A stretch of DNA of 64,000 nt, from contig NW_024704743.1 of assembly GCF_018977255.1 (NCBI RefSeq), positions 115,260,001 to 115,324,000 of the forward strand. Direction: 5' to 3'. Under the pieces are notes generated by a model, which did no database searches, had not been told where the DNA came from, and saw only the letters and a program-made list of their open reading frames with translations. The position numbers and the translations under genes are program-made. The DNA comes from Callorhinchus milii (taxonomy: Eukaryota). Below are positions 49,151-61,777 of the stretch, piece by piece; positions within the stretch are counted from its first letter, which is position 1, and each line of letters starts with the position of its first letter.

Positions 49151-50535
49151 TCCGCAATGTTTCTAAATGTATCCCGGATTTTATGTTTGTAGTTATTATA
49201 ACTCGGATCTATAGAGGGTTACGGTTGCCTTCTGCGGGTTTGCTTTTAAAAGAAAACTCCATCCAACCTGTCCCGAATCCCGTTTTAAAACTGGAATGCA
49301 ATCTGTTTCCCCTCCCCCCACGATTATTTATTTAAGGAGCTCGTCTGGGAGTGAATGAAAGTACTGAAGGGCTAATCGTTTGCCGAATATTGATCGTATT
49401 TTCCCTATTCACCTCGTTGTCTGGGTTCTCGCATATCTGGGAATATATGCAGAATAATAATTGTGCAGCTCTGTACCACTGATCCTGTATTGCTAGTTCT
49501 AGTGTGTATGCCGTATTTATAATTGCATGGATCTTGTAGTTTATGTAGGCTATGCTGCATATGTGTGTGTATTTCTTATTATAAATAGGTCCGTGCCTCT
49601 CCTGATGTGTTGTCAATGTTGTGTTGACCCTGTTTAGTTTATCAAATATATATTTTTAAAAAAAGGACTCGCGATCACTACATCCTGTCCTGAGTTCCGT
49701 GACTTTGCCACTTTGTAGAAACAAGTGGGATTGATTGCAAAATACGCTAATGGGTGTAGGAGTGAAGCTTGCGTTTCCACCCCCACCCCACCCCCAACCC
49801 CACCCCGCCTCTCTGGGTTCTGGCTATTTAATGGAGAATGCTCCATTGTTTTGGTTTCATAGTGAAAACGATATCCCGGGTAATCCTGGACACGGAAAGA
49901 CGATTGTGTTTCTTGTCTTTGAACCGACTGAGGAAATGAAATTATACAGTGTCTTCATAAACAGCGCCCATTCAATTACTAGGGTAGGTTTCTAATGCTT
50001 TTGGGTTATCGATCTCAACTTTATCTGATGTTCCATGTCATTAAAGTGGAAAACTGGCTTTGGGCTTAAAGTGCTCAGCTGTCAAGGGCAGCGCATCGTT
50101 GCATAATCTCGCTTTTTAAATTGCCTGTTCGTTCACTGTCGAGCATTTATTTAGACGTCCAGACGTTATCCGTTAATCTGTTTTTCCCAGTTGTCTGCAG
50201 ATGCAAAGTCAGTGGGGGTGTTGCGTTCAGTAGTTATGAGGTTTTCAGCAGTTTTTACTTCCGAAGGTAGCGGACGGTTATGTAATAGCGGTCACAGTTC
50301 AGTGTCAAAACATTTAGTTGAACAACATGAATAATGTGCAGTCTGTTTTCGGTGCGTTGTCATGCAGCAGATGAGGTCAGTTGCTTTAGCTCAGGTGGAA
50401 GTCTGCAGTATGATGTTGTTGCCCAATCCTGGTGTCCTTTACAACTATTTTAAGGATTTACAAGTCAACGCTCCTCTACATTTTTAATAGGTAAAATTGG
50501 ATGTAGGTGTTCATAATTCCAACTTCAATGTTTAT

Positions 50536-50783
50536 TCTGTTTACCTAGCAGTAAGTAGGAACCTGGTTGTTAGTCGATTGGTGATTCGCTTTTCTGAGGG
50601 AAATAATCCCTTCAAAATAGTCATAAATCAATGACTGTTTGTAGGATTCTGCTGTGCGCAATTGGCTGCCGCCTTTACCCACAAAATATACAGTCTCTAC
50701 ACTTGACTGTAAATTTTGTGAAGCGCTTTGAGACATTTTGAAGACGAGATAAGATGCTATATCAAATGCAAGTATTATTTATT
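50536..50783 (+). mobile_element. Young SINE (long variant), 5' truncated
   Basis: Family match. Confidence 0.8.
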
Positions 50784-52999
50784 CAAAATAGTATCTAGTC
50801 CATTACAGTATGATATTATTGTGCGGTAAAATAATAATTTATTGACTTTGTGAAATAGAAATATTGAGATTCATCCCCACAGGTTATTTTGGGGAATCCA
50901 GTAGATTTTAACGTCTACTCAAAATCTTTTAACTTTGAAATAAGTGTAATTGATGCATTGTAATTAGTTGCCTTTGGGTAAGGGGTGGAGGTTTAATTTC
51001 AGGAATTCTTGATGATGCTGTTGATATCTTATATACTGAATAAACATTTGATAAACGCCCTGAAGCAAGAATTGGCTTCTGGAAATGAGCACAATGATTC
51101 TGTTGTGACCATTGCTTGAATTAACTGGTAAGGATTTTACCACAAACTGGAAACCTCAGGGATGTTACAATTGGCTTTACACCTTGGGAAAGGAAGGGGG
51201 AAAATCAACCAGAGTTCCTTTAGACTGCATACACTGTTTGCTTATTTAAATCTTTTGCACAAAAGTGTACATATTGCATGTTTAGCAAAAGTAAGCCTTC
51301 AAGATTACTTTTAAGAGAGCGCATTATTGATCTTGTTGGTCACTTTGAAACGGCTTCAGTCTCAAACTTTAAATAATAAATCTATCAAATGAATCTAGAA
51401 ACTTCATATTCTGGTATTCTGTTGGTTTTGGTTGAAATATAATTGGCCTTACTCTGCAGGTGGAGATAAAAGGAAGATGCTGAAACTTGTTTTTCCTAAT
51501 CATGCAATGCACACTTTGTTCTAAAATCTCATATTGAAGATTGCTTGATTCAATTGCCTAATATTCCATGCCACTCAATTCCACAACCTCGCTCGTAGGA
51601 TTAAGAATTTTAGTTGAGTCAATTTGCCCAGTTTTGCCTGTAATTTCTCCCAAAGGTTTCTTAGTTTCTATTTCCCCTGCCCCAGCCACTACCCAAGCTG
51701 CTAAGGCAATCTGGCACACTTCTAGTGCCATGTACTTCCGATCAGATGACTTAACACAGTCCAGAGACATACTCCGATTTTAAGATTAGGAATAGAAAAC
51801 CTTCCCACTGGTTTGATTGGTTGGGTAATATAGAGATTTTTTTTTAAATTGTGGGTAGATATCGATATTTGTTTCTTGTAGCTGTGAAGGGTGAGCTGAC
51901 TACTGATATAAATGGACTCATAGTTTAAGTGGACTATAGAAACTAGACACCATCAAGACTTGGTAAGCTTAAACAAATTGCCACTGTTTTAAGTGTTTTT
52001 ATTCCATTTACACCAACAGATTTTATGGCAGTTGAATACTTTGTTTCATAGTGAGTAAATGGTTATAATAAATCAGTAGTGCCAAAGGTACATTATATTT
52101 AAATATCTCTTTTGGAACATAAGCCATCAGATAAATTTGCTTAGGTTATATGATGATAGTTAGTGAAAAGAACTTAAGTACAAAGGTTAGATGTGTACTG
52201 TATGCAAATGGCTGTGATGGGTTAACTATTTAGGTCGTAAAACAGTTTTGATGCACTTTTTGAAACTAAAAATAGTACAGATCACAAGAACTGAGTTTAT
52301 TAACTATGGAGGTGATATAAATTAAACTGTTACTATTCTCTGGGTTGTCAAATTTTGAAATGTCTGGCAGCAGTTTAAAGTTCTGATTAATTTGTTTTGT
52401 CACGCATGTGGTTGTTAAACTATATGTAAAGTGCCTCCTTAAAACGTTGATCTACAAGCATCCTATGTAGGAGAACAAGAATAGAAGGAGACCATTCAGC
52501 CCACCTATCTGATCTTGGTAGATCTGATCTTGGTAGATCTTTTAATACTAATTTCCCATCCTTTGCTCCACCTTAATACATCTATGACCCAAGCAATGTG
52601 TCCCTATCTCTTTTAAACATCCCTATTGATTCTGCGTCTACAGATTTTTGAAGCAGAGTATTCCACATCTTCACAAGTATGAAGAAATAAATAATACTAA
52701 AGAAATTAATCCTGGAGGATGTCTCAAAATGTATTGTGGATTGAACCACAATACTGTGGTTGTGCATTTGTAGGTGAACATGGCAGCCAATTTTAGCATA
52801 GCAGTGTCCTGAGAATAGCAATGAAATTAATCACCATTTTTATCTGGAAGCTGTTGGCCAGTATACAGGGAGAATCTCATTCTCTTTGTGGATTACAGTG
52901 ACATGCAACATAGTGCATTGGGGTAGCGTTTAGGAACTTTTAATAATGGCGTAGTTTGGGGAAAAACAGAAGGTAACTAGGTGTGTTGAATAGGAAAGT

Positions 53000-53580
53000 C
53001 ATCAAGTGTGATCGAGGGATGTGGAGAAGCCCCAAGTTGGTTGACTGAAGGGGGCAAGAAGAGGGTTGGGATGTGAGCACATCAGAGAGATAGGGAGGTG
53101 CCAGGGTATTGATTTTTTTTATATGAGTTAAATTTTTAGGTGAGTCTGAGTATCTTGAAATTGATCCATTCTGCAGCAGGGGATAAATGGATCCAGGCAA
53201 GTAGTGGGATGATGGGGGTGTGGAGTTTGGTGCGCGTAAGGATATGAGTGGCGGGGTTTTGAATTAGTTGGACTTTGTTAATGGTGTTACTGGGAAGACC
53301 AACAAGGAGCCAAGATTATTTATTTATTCATGCAGTGGTTGAGCAGATGTTGAATTCTCTGCCTTGAATGTCTCAAATTGGAGAAATCGAGGTGGGAGAT
53401 GATGAAAGCTTGGTGAGGGTTTCAACAACATTGAGTTGGAAGGTATGGTTGGAAGCAGGTGATGTAGCCGAGGCAGAGGAAATCAGTTCTGGTCAGCGAC
53501 CATATCGAGTAGGAAGACAACTGAGGATCAAACTAGATGCCTCGGTTCAGTAAGTTTGAGGAAAAGCCGGGGAGATTAAT
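53000..53580 (-). mobile_element. Old L2 fragment
   Basis: LAPPYLSDVLT..LQSTNLGLLHIPR and further decayed homology to the other L2 copies. Confidence 0.6.
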
Positions 53581-53991
53581 GCGTTTGAAGCCTCTTTATA
53601 CATATTTACCATAATTTATCAAAGCCTTTGCATCCTGGACTGAGTTGAAAGTCTCTTGTTAATATATGAAATAGAATAGGAATTTGTCTCATAGTACAGT
53701 CGTGAAGAATTATAAAATAGTGTGAGTCTAGTTTTGTTTGTTCCTATTCACTATAATATTTGATTGTGGAGCTGTCAAACAGTAAAATCTTCATATTTGA
53801 ATAGTGTGGCACCTGAAAAGTCAAATGTCTTAAGAATTGCCCAGAGAATTGTTAATATTTGTATTTGATACAGTGATATCATTGAACATCTCAAATTGGT
53901 TTGTGAAATTTCTGTAAAATGTAAGCAAACACAGCTGCCAATAGGCTGAGCAGTGTTCAGTAAACAGTGAATGAGCAATTTTCCTTTTTAT

Positions 53992-54990
53992 TAACAACAA
54001 GATTACATTTGTATAGCGCCTTTCACGTTGGCAGGACGTCCAAAGGCGCTGGACAGAGTACAGCATTTCAGATCCGAGCTGGGGTCGGGGAGGGAAGGGG
54101 AAGGGGGGCGGCCGATGCCATGGTCGAAGAGGAGGGTCTTGAGGTGGGACTTGAAGGAGGCTAAGGAGGGGGTGAGGGAGTGACTGGGGATGGAATTCCA
54201 GTGTTTGGGGGCAGAGTAATTGAAGGCTCTCCTGCCAATGGTGGGGCGGGTGGGTCGGGGGACGTGGAGCAGGCCAGAGCCGGCTGAGCGGAAGGAACGG
54301 GCAGGTTGGTAGGGGCTTAAGAAGTTGCAGAGGTAGGGTGCAGCGAGGCCATGGAGGGCTTTGTATGGGAGGACCAGGATCTTGAACTGGATCCTCTGAA
54401 GGATAGGGCGACAATGGAGTCAGGGGCGATGGGGTCACGGAGTCTGGTGCGGGAGAGGACACGAGCTGTAGAGTTCTGGATTACCTGCAGCCTGAGGCGA
54501 TGGCGTGAGCCAATCAGGAGTGCCTCGTTCACATTCAACTGTAGGAAATTTTCCCTCATCCCAGGACTTGATGTCTGACAGGCAGTCTGTCAGGACAGCA
54601 GTGGTCCTGGAGTTGAGGGTGGAGGCAGAAAGATAGAGTTGGGTGTCATCTGCATACATGTGGAAGTTGGCCCCATGTCTGCGGATGATATCACCAAGGA
54701 GGAGCATGTAGATATTAAAGAGGAGAGGGCCAAGGACAGAGCCGTGGGGACCGCCAGACGTGACAGTGCGGGGGCTGGAGGAGAAACCGTTCGAGGCAAC
54801 AAAGTGGAGATGGTGAGAATCGAACCAGGTAAGGGCAGATCCGTAAAGATTGAATAAAGCAGAGAGGCGGTGTATGAGGATGGAGTGGTCGACAGTGTCG
54901 AAGGCGGCCGTGAGGTCGAGGAGGACAAGGAGGCAGAGGGAGCCCTGATCACAGATGTTCAGAATGTCATTAGTGACTTTGACCAGTGTC
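53992..54990 (-). mobile_element. 5'-truncated L2 with an internal deletion of about 275 bp
   Basis: [22 protein letters not shown]. Colinear with 12012-13308 except for the segment at about 12525-12800. Confidence 0.92.
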
Positions 54991-54994
54991 AAAT

Positions 54995-55198
54995 AAATAG
55001 TGTTATGGGATCTTTAACATCCATCTGAACAGATAGATGGTACTTTGTTTTGACTTCTCAATTGAAGGACACGACCTCTGACAATACATCACTAAATTGG
55101 AGCATCAACTTAAACTGAACTCAAAGCCCTGATGTAGATCTTGAACCCAGAACCTTCTGACCCAGTGGTGACAGTGCTGTCAATGGAGCCAGGGTGGC
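54995..55198 (-). mobile_element. Older Deu-type SINE, 5' part
   Basis: aatagtgttatgggatctttaacatccatctgaacag...cttgaacccagaaccttctgac matches 21181-21400. Confidence 0.65.
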
Positions 55199-58100
55199 AT
55201 CTATTTGCTGTTAAGTGTAGTGGTTGTATTTGTAGACAAAACAGCAGCCAATTTGCTTACAAAATGAAGGGTGCTTCAAACAGCTTTGAAGATTGACCAA
55301 TTTATCTGGAAGAAAGTTGGCCAAGACAACAGGAAGAACTCCTTTTTGAATTCTTTTTGGTATCCATCTGAGTTGGCCTATGGGATCTTGTCTCATCCAA
55401 AGGACAGTAGTCCTCACAATGCAATGCTTCCACACTGGAAAAAAAAGTAGAAACTTAGATTTTTGTAGGGTGACATAGTAAGTGGAAATACAGATTGAAG
55501 TCTGAGTGTTTGGAATATTGTTTTGTGATCACTGGGTAGACTTGTTTTGATGATGCACGTTCGGGCGAGGGGTATTAGTGGTGGGAAATAGAATACAATT
55601 CTATTTTGGTAGCTTAAAACTGGCATATGGCCAGGTTGACCAAATGAACATTGTTATTGCAAACAACATATTCAGGTTTCTGATGGATCTGATCCAATAT
55701 ATTGACTGGATTTCTGTGTTTCATGGAGAAGTTAATTGCTAGGAAAATATGATCTTCATTAATGCAACTGAGTGCATTATTTTCCTTTTTCGAAATTTAC
55801 TGTGACCCATCTTCAAGAAAGAAGCCAGTGAGAACAGTGACTTTGAAAAGCACCCATTTTCTTAAATGCGCATGAACTTTGGTTACAACCTGACATTCAA
55901 AATAACTGTGTAAAACACAAATATTTAACTTAGGAATTCCTTGTGAATCTTACAAAACCAATATTGTTGTCTACAGTACACTTCTTATCAAACTGAGCAG
56001 TTAATAAAACTTGATGACAAGCCTTTACAGACTGCAACAAAACGTTACTTGTACTGAATATCTTAACCCTCATTGGTGATTGTCCATTTTTTTATGAAAA
56101 CTGTGTCCAGAGAAAATCTATTGCTGAATGTCGATGTTTAAACGTGTCAAATTATTTTAGTGAGTCTGTTGACATTTGCTAATATTGTCTGGTGGGCGTG
56201 AACTCCTTCTTGGGACTGAATAACCCTTTAAATAACTGGTACAATAACTCCAAATCTGATGCTTGTATTTGATTGGAACTTTGATACTGTTACATTGGAT
56301 TGAACTTTCAATGGTGCAGTTGTCTCAACTGGAACATGGCTAAGTGGGATTTACAATTCTCAATTTAGTGTAATCCTAAATATTGTGAAACAGTTACACC
56401 AATTGCCATATTTTAATTACGCAATTTTAAGGCATACAACTAATTGCGAGCAGTAACGTGGAAATCTGTTTGTTCTGAATTGCTTCAGGTGTAGCATTGG
56501 TGCCCTGCACCTTGTTTGTATTTGCATTGGGACATCCTCCTGACATGAAAGGCGCTTTACAAATGTAATTTTGTTGTTGTATTACTAGCATAGACCTTCA
56601 TATTTCAAAGTTTGAGTTCTATGCTATAGCCTTAAGTGTATTCCTAGCAAACAATTTTAAAATCAAAAAGGTTGGAATATAAGATACTAATTTACGCACT
56701 TGTTCGATTGTATAACTTGAACACTTCTCATTTTTAAAATGGTGCAATTCCATAGATATTTTTGCTCCATCCCCTCCTAGTTTTCAGGTGCAAGTCTCTT
56801 TTTATTGAGTGCAGGGAATTGCCCACAAAATAGTCACGACACTTCACAGTAAATCCTGTGAGCACTTTGAGACACCCTCCCAAGTGAAAGGTGCTATCAG
56901 ATGCAAGTTATTATTGTATAGTAGGAATGCTCATGACAAGCAACATCCACTGAAGAGAGTTGCCTTATCTTTCCTAGGCATACTGCCAGTGCTAATTCAA
57001 CTTGTCCCCAGGAGGATGATTGGGTATTAGATGACTGGCAAGCAGATCACTAGATGGTATTAGATCACTGCCAAGCAGATCACCTACATAGTTGGTGCCA
57101 GGAATTCCTCTTGAGTGATTTTGCAGAGCAACACAACTTCATAAAAAAGTGTATTGCTTTAAACTTCCAGTACAAACATTATTTATAGTGTATAATTGTA
57201 CAAGTTGGAGGTGAGGGTCACCAAAGTCATCTGGTCACCAGGGTAGCCACAGAATTCTGGATTAAAAACAATGTAGTTGTAAATCTAAACTCCAGATAAC
57301 TCTTTCGGTTATTACAGGTTTTGGGTTTGTCATAATATTCACCTTCAGCATGGTGGAGAGACCTATGCAGAGTAGCTTTTGATGTCAGCCATCTTGATAT
57401 CCTCTGGAACTCCCTGCCTCAATCTATCCACTTGGCACCCTCTTTACCAATCTTCAAATTGCACATGAAGACATAAATAAATGCAATATTACGCACCAGG
57501 CTTTCTTGACATCAGTTGCTTAATCTTGCTGTTATTGGTCTTGTGCTCTTGTGCATGCATCTTTCAAAGAGGTTATTTGATTTATTGCAATGCTGGAAAA
57601 TTTTCCCAGTATGTAAAATGAACTAATGGATAGGAAAGCCAGATTTAAAATGCATGCTTTTTTCTCTGTAATGTATGTTCTACTTTGTCAATTGCATTCA
57701 GTTGCTAATAACTTGCAACCTCCAAGGCACTGAACATGGTTAATGCTTACCATGGTTTTTCAGTGGGATACATGGTCCACAGATGCTGATGCCTCTCAGC
57801 TTTATGCATCCATAGCAACCTATAATTAGCTCACTCTAGAGATTGGTTCCTTTTTATCAAGATTAGAAGTGGTCCTGGTTGAGCGATGTGCATTCATCAG
57901 AATGCAATTCTGCTTCAGTTGTGCTACCTTCAGCGCCTTGGGACGTCCTCCCGATGTGAAAGGCTCTATACAAATGTAGTGTTGTTGTTGTTTAGGCCAT
58001 GTAATTTAATTGAACTGTTGCATGAGTGTTGGGTGAAAACAGCTGGACACCAGTATTGACATCATTGCGTGTAGAAGACGTGAAGCAGCAAGTCTGCTGT

Positions 58101-58578
58101 GGCCTGTAAATGAGACCCTCCTTCATATGAATATTACTTAGATTATTTACACTTAAGTGTTTACTGGGAAAATTGGTCTTGTGCTTGAACATCTAGAAGC
58201 CATAGCTGTGTGTGTATATAATCCTTGCATTTGACATAGTACTTTTCACGCCTTTTAGCCGTCTCAAAGTGATTCACATAATATACTGTGATTGACTGCA
58301 TATTTGTGGGCGAAACTGCATTAGAAACTGGATGAACTGGCCTTTTTGGTTTGACTACATAACTATTTATATAAAATTTGTCATCCAAAAATATTTGTGC
58401 CTTGCAATCAGCAAAGTCATCAATTGCAGAAAGTATTTTAAACTGAGGGGAATGGCCTTTGGAATAAATAGAATACTGTGTTAAAGGATGGTATGTTAAT
58501 TGATTTTTCGTACAAATACCAATTCATTCTTGGGTGTTTGAAATCTATCTAAAACTTTATTTTCCTTCTCCCCTTCAG

Positions 58579-58698
58579 GTCCCCACTATGCACAATTTTC
58601 TCAGTGGAGGGCAAGTATCCTTGCTTTGAATCTCATTGTGCTGTACTGGGACTAGTCACTAGGAAGTAGGGGGAAATCAATTGAACCAAATTGCGCAA
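58579..58698 (+). other. Candidate 120-nt non-coding cassette exon of SLC45A4
   Basis: Strong acceptor ctttattttccttctccccttcAG (ends 58578) and donor CAA|GTAAGT (58699). Confidence 0.4.
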
Positions 58699-59004
58699 GT
58701 AAGTCATCCTTCCTATTTTAGCCTGTCATAGTTGCATTTCTGTAACCATTGAGACATCTAACCATCACCTTCTCAGGTGAGATCAGTTGTAAACTGTTCA
58801 ATTTATGGGAAGCAAAGAAAATGTTGGCAGAGCTTGCTCCTGAGTCGGGGGAGGTGACCATTTTGGTCGGCCAACAAAATAAAATTTCTTGATTGAATAT
58901 TTATGCCTTAAATCAAGAAAAACCTAGAAATGGATTGATTGAACATAGATTTACCTAGACTAGCGCGAATATTCGTGGAGCTACTATGTGCTTTCTCGAA
59001 ATGG

Positions 59005-59974
59005 AAGGGATCGGTATTGGGACCACTGCTCTTTCTAATATATATTAATGATCTGGACTTGGGCATAGAGAGCACTATTTCCAAGTTTGCAGATGATACA
59101 AAGTTAGGTAGGGTAGTAAATAGTGAGGAGGACTGTAACCAACTGCAAGCAGACATACACAGAATGGTGGAATGGGCTAACATGTGGCAGATGGATTTCA
59201 ATGTGGATAAGTGTGAGGTGATACACTTAGGTAGGAAAAATGTTAGGAGGCAATATAGACTTGGTAGCTCAATCTTAAAGGGGTGAACATACAGAGAGAT
59301 CCGGGTGTTCAAGTAAGCGAATCATTAAAGGCAGCGGGGCAGGTAGATAAGGCAGTAAAAAAGGCATTTGGTGTACTGAGCTTTATTAGTAGGGGCATAG
59401 AGTATAAGAGTAGGGAGGTTATGGTTAATCTATACAAAACACTGGTTAGGCCTCAGCTGGAGTACTGCGTCCAGTTCTGGGCACCTTACTTCAGGAAGGC
59501 ACTGGAAAGGGTGCAGAGGAGATTCACGAGAATGATACCAGGAATGGGGAACCTTAGCTATGAGGACAGGCTGGAGAAGTTAGGACTTTTCCCATTAGAG
59601 CAGAGAAGGTTATGCGGGGACCTGTTAGAGGTCTTCAAGATCATGAAAGGTTTCGACAGGCTGGATAAGGAAAAGCTGTTTCCGCTGGTAGGTGTATCTG
59701 TGACCCGTGGTCACAGTCTTAGGATATCTACCAAAAGAAGCAGAGGGGAGGTTAGAAGAAATTTTTTTCACTCAGCGAGTTGTTCGAATTTGGAATGATC
59801 TGCCTGAAAGGGCAGTGAAGTCCGATTCGATAACAGCTTTTAAGAAAGAACTGGATAGGTATCTGGGGAAGACGGGTTTGCAGGGTTATGGGGAGAAAGC
59901 TGGTGATTGGGGTTAGTGAAAGTGACTTGCTCTGTCAAAGGGCCGGCACAGACTCGATGGGCCGAATGGTCTCT
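59005..59974 (+). mobile_element. 5'-truncated CR1 LINE
   Basis: [36 protein letters not shown]. Frameshift near 59283. Terminal motif gcacagactcgatgggccgaatgg. Confidence 0.93.
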
Positions 59975-61199
59975 ATCCACTACGTTTGTTGAATACTTTG
60001 AAATGTTCTTTTGCATGAAAGGCTTTATTTACAATTGTAAGTTATTGTTTCAATTCCATATTTTTACTGCACATTTATCTTTGAACTGTATGCTACATCT
60101 TTACCCATATTCTTAACTGGAGACTGGGCCTCCTGCAATAAGTATTTATTTAGCCCTTGACCCTAATTTGGTATTGTGCTGCAAGTTATTGATTTGGTTT
60201 CACTCCATGTGTTTCCACCTGTGAAAATATATGCATCTTCATTTGTGCGGGTTACATTACTATAGGAAGAACAGTATGATTGATGTATCACAATGCAAGG
60301 AACCACACAGTGTAAGCATTACAAGACAGTAAAATACAATAATTGCAACTTGCATATTAGAAATTGAAAACAATGTAGCTTTGTGAGTGATCCAAAGGCC
60401 ATGCACCAACTAATCTATAATCTTTCTGACAACAATGTTGCCTAATTTTTTTTGTCGGAACCCTGGCAGTGACTTAAATTGAGCATGATAAACAAATTAA
60501 AATTAGTCTTGAATAATGGATGGTACCTGTTCTTAACTTTAGTAGTGGTATGGAAACAAAAAAAATGTGGTTTAGGTTGGTCAGACTTGAAACCACGGTC
60601 AAAGTAATTTAATTTGAAATGGGTCTAATATTTAAAACATTAGAAACGCTAGAAGAATAAAGACAAAGGTCCATCTAGTTCGTGTTCCACCTTTGTGGTG
60701 GTCGAATGCACATATGTCCCAAACTACCTATGTACTATATCTCATTATGTTATTTCCTAAAATAAAACTAAATCTAATTTCCCAAAGCAGTGAGTGGGAG
60801 GATGACTGAAGTCACGATTGAAGAGAAGGTCTTGTGATGGACCTTAAAGCAGGCAAGGGTGGGGGCAAGGTGAAGGGACTTCCATTATCACATTCTTCTC
60901 CCATCTACTCCCTTATTCCAGTTTGCACTTTATGCATATCCTACGGTTTTGATAACCCAGGATGATGCAGTTCCAGGTCCAAGAGCGGGTCTCTTTATAA
61001 TGGTATAAATCATCCAAATGATGTAGAGTTCGAAGTTTTCTTTCTAGTCTGAAGCATTGATTGTCCAGGGCCTTGGGACGTCCTCTCTACGTGAAAGGCG
61101 CTATACAAATATAATTTTGTTATTGTTGCTATAGTAGCTGGATCACCTGAATGCTTGGGCAAACAGAAAACATTCACTTCCTTTTGTTTTATATTTCAG

Positions 61200-61545
61200 A
61201 ACAATCAGCCACTCGATGGGGAGTAACAGTGGAGCCCCTCCTTGTGTCGCCGTCCCAGCTCTCTACTACAAGCAAAATCTCAACACCTCTTCCATAAAGA
61301 TAATGAAACTAGTATTAACTGAATGGCAATTAATATGGATTTTCAATAGTAATAGACAATAAACAAGCCATAATTTTCAAAACCTTTCCATCAATATCTG
61401 TTTCCTTCTGGTGCATGATCCTTTTTACAATAAATTTAAGGAAGATCTGCAAGAAAAATACTGATTTCATATCTGAAGTAGTGAACAGGAGAAACATCTT
61501 AATTTAACCTAAAGTTGAAGCATTCTGTTATATTTATATATTTTT
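61200..61545 (+). other. 5' UTR part of the first coding exon of SLC45A4, with three uORFs
   Basis: Acceptor cttccttttgttttatatttcAG ends at 61199. uORFs at 61216-61362, 61323-61349 and 61415-61507. In-frame TGA at 61516 lies upstream of the main ATG. Confidence 0.6.
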
Positions 61546-61777
61546 ATGGTAACGACCATGGCACCACAAAACGACTCAGAATCTATGCAAGCAAAAGAAC
61601 TCTCCATTACACATTTGAAAAGGAATGAAGACAAAGTGAATGATGAAAATGTTAGTGAGGGATCCATCGACCGCATTCCCATCAAGCTGTGGGTGATGCA
61701 TGGTGCTGTGATGTTTGGCAGGGAGTTCTGTTATGCAATGGAAACCGCCTTAGTGACGCCAGTATTGTTGCAAATAG
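61546..61777 (+). CDS. SLC45A4: Solute carrier family 45 member 4, first coding exon (gene continues beyond the window)
   Basis: MAPQN.SESMQ...[42 protein letters not shown] matches the recalled SLC45A4 N-terminus and TM1. Phase-1 donor TAG|GTGAGT at 61778. The start may be 61546 or 61558. Confidence 0.93.

Noticed and set aside
48151..49157. Multiple overlapping ORFs in the CpG island
   Set aside because: A by-product of high GC content, with low-complexity Arg/Ala/Gly/Pro translations.
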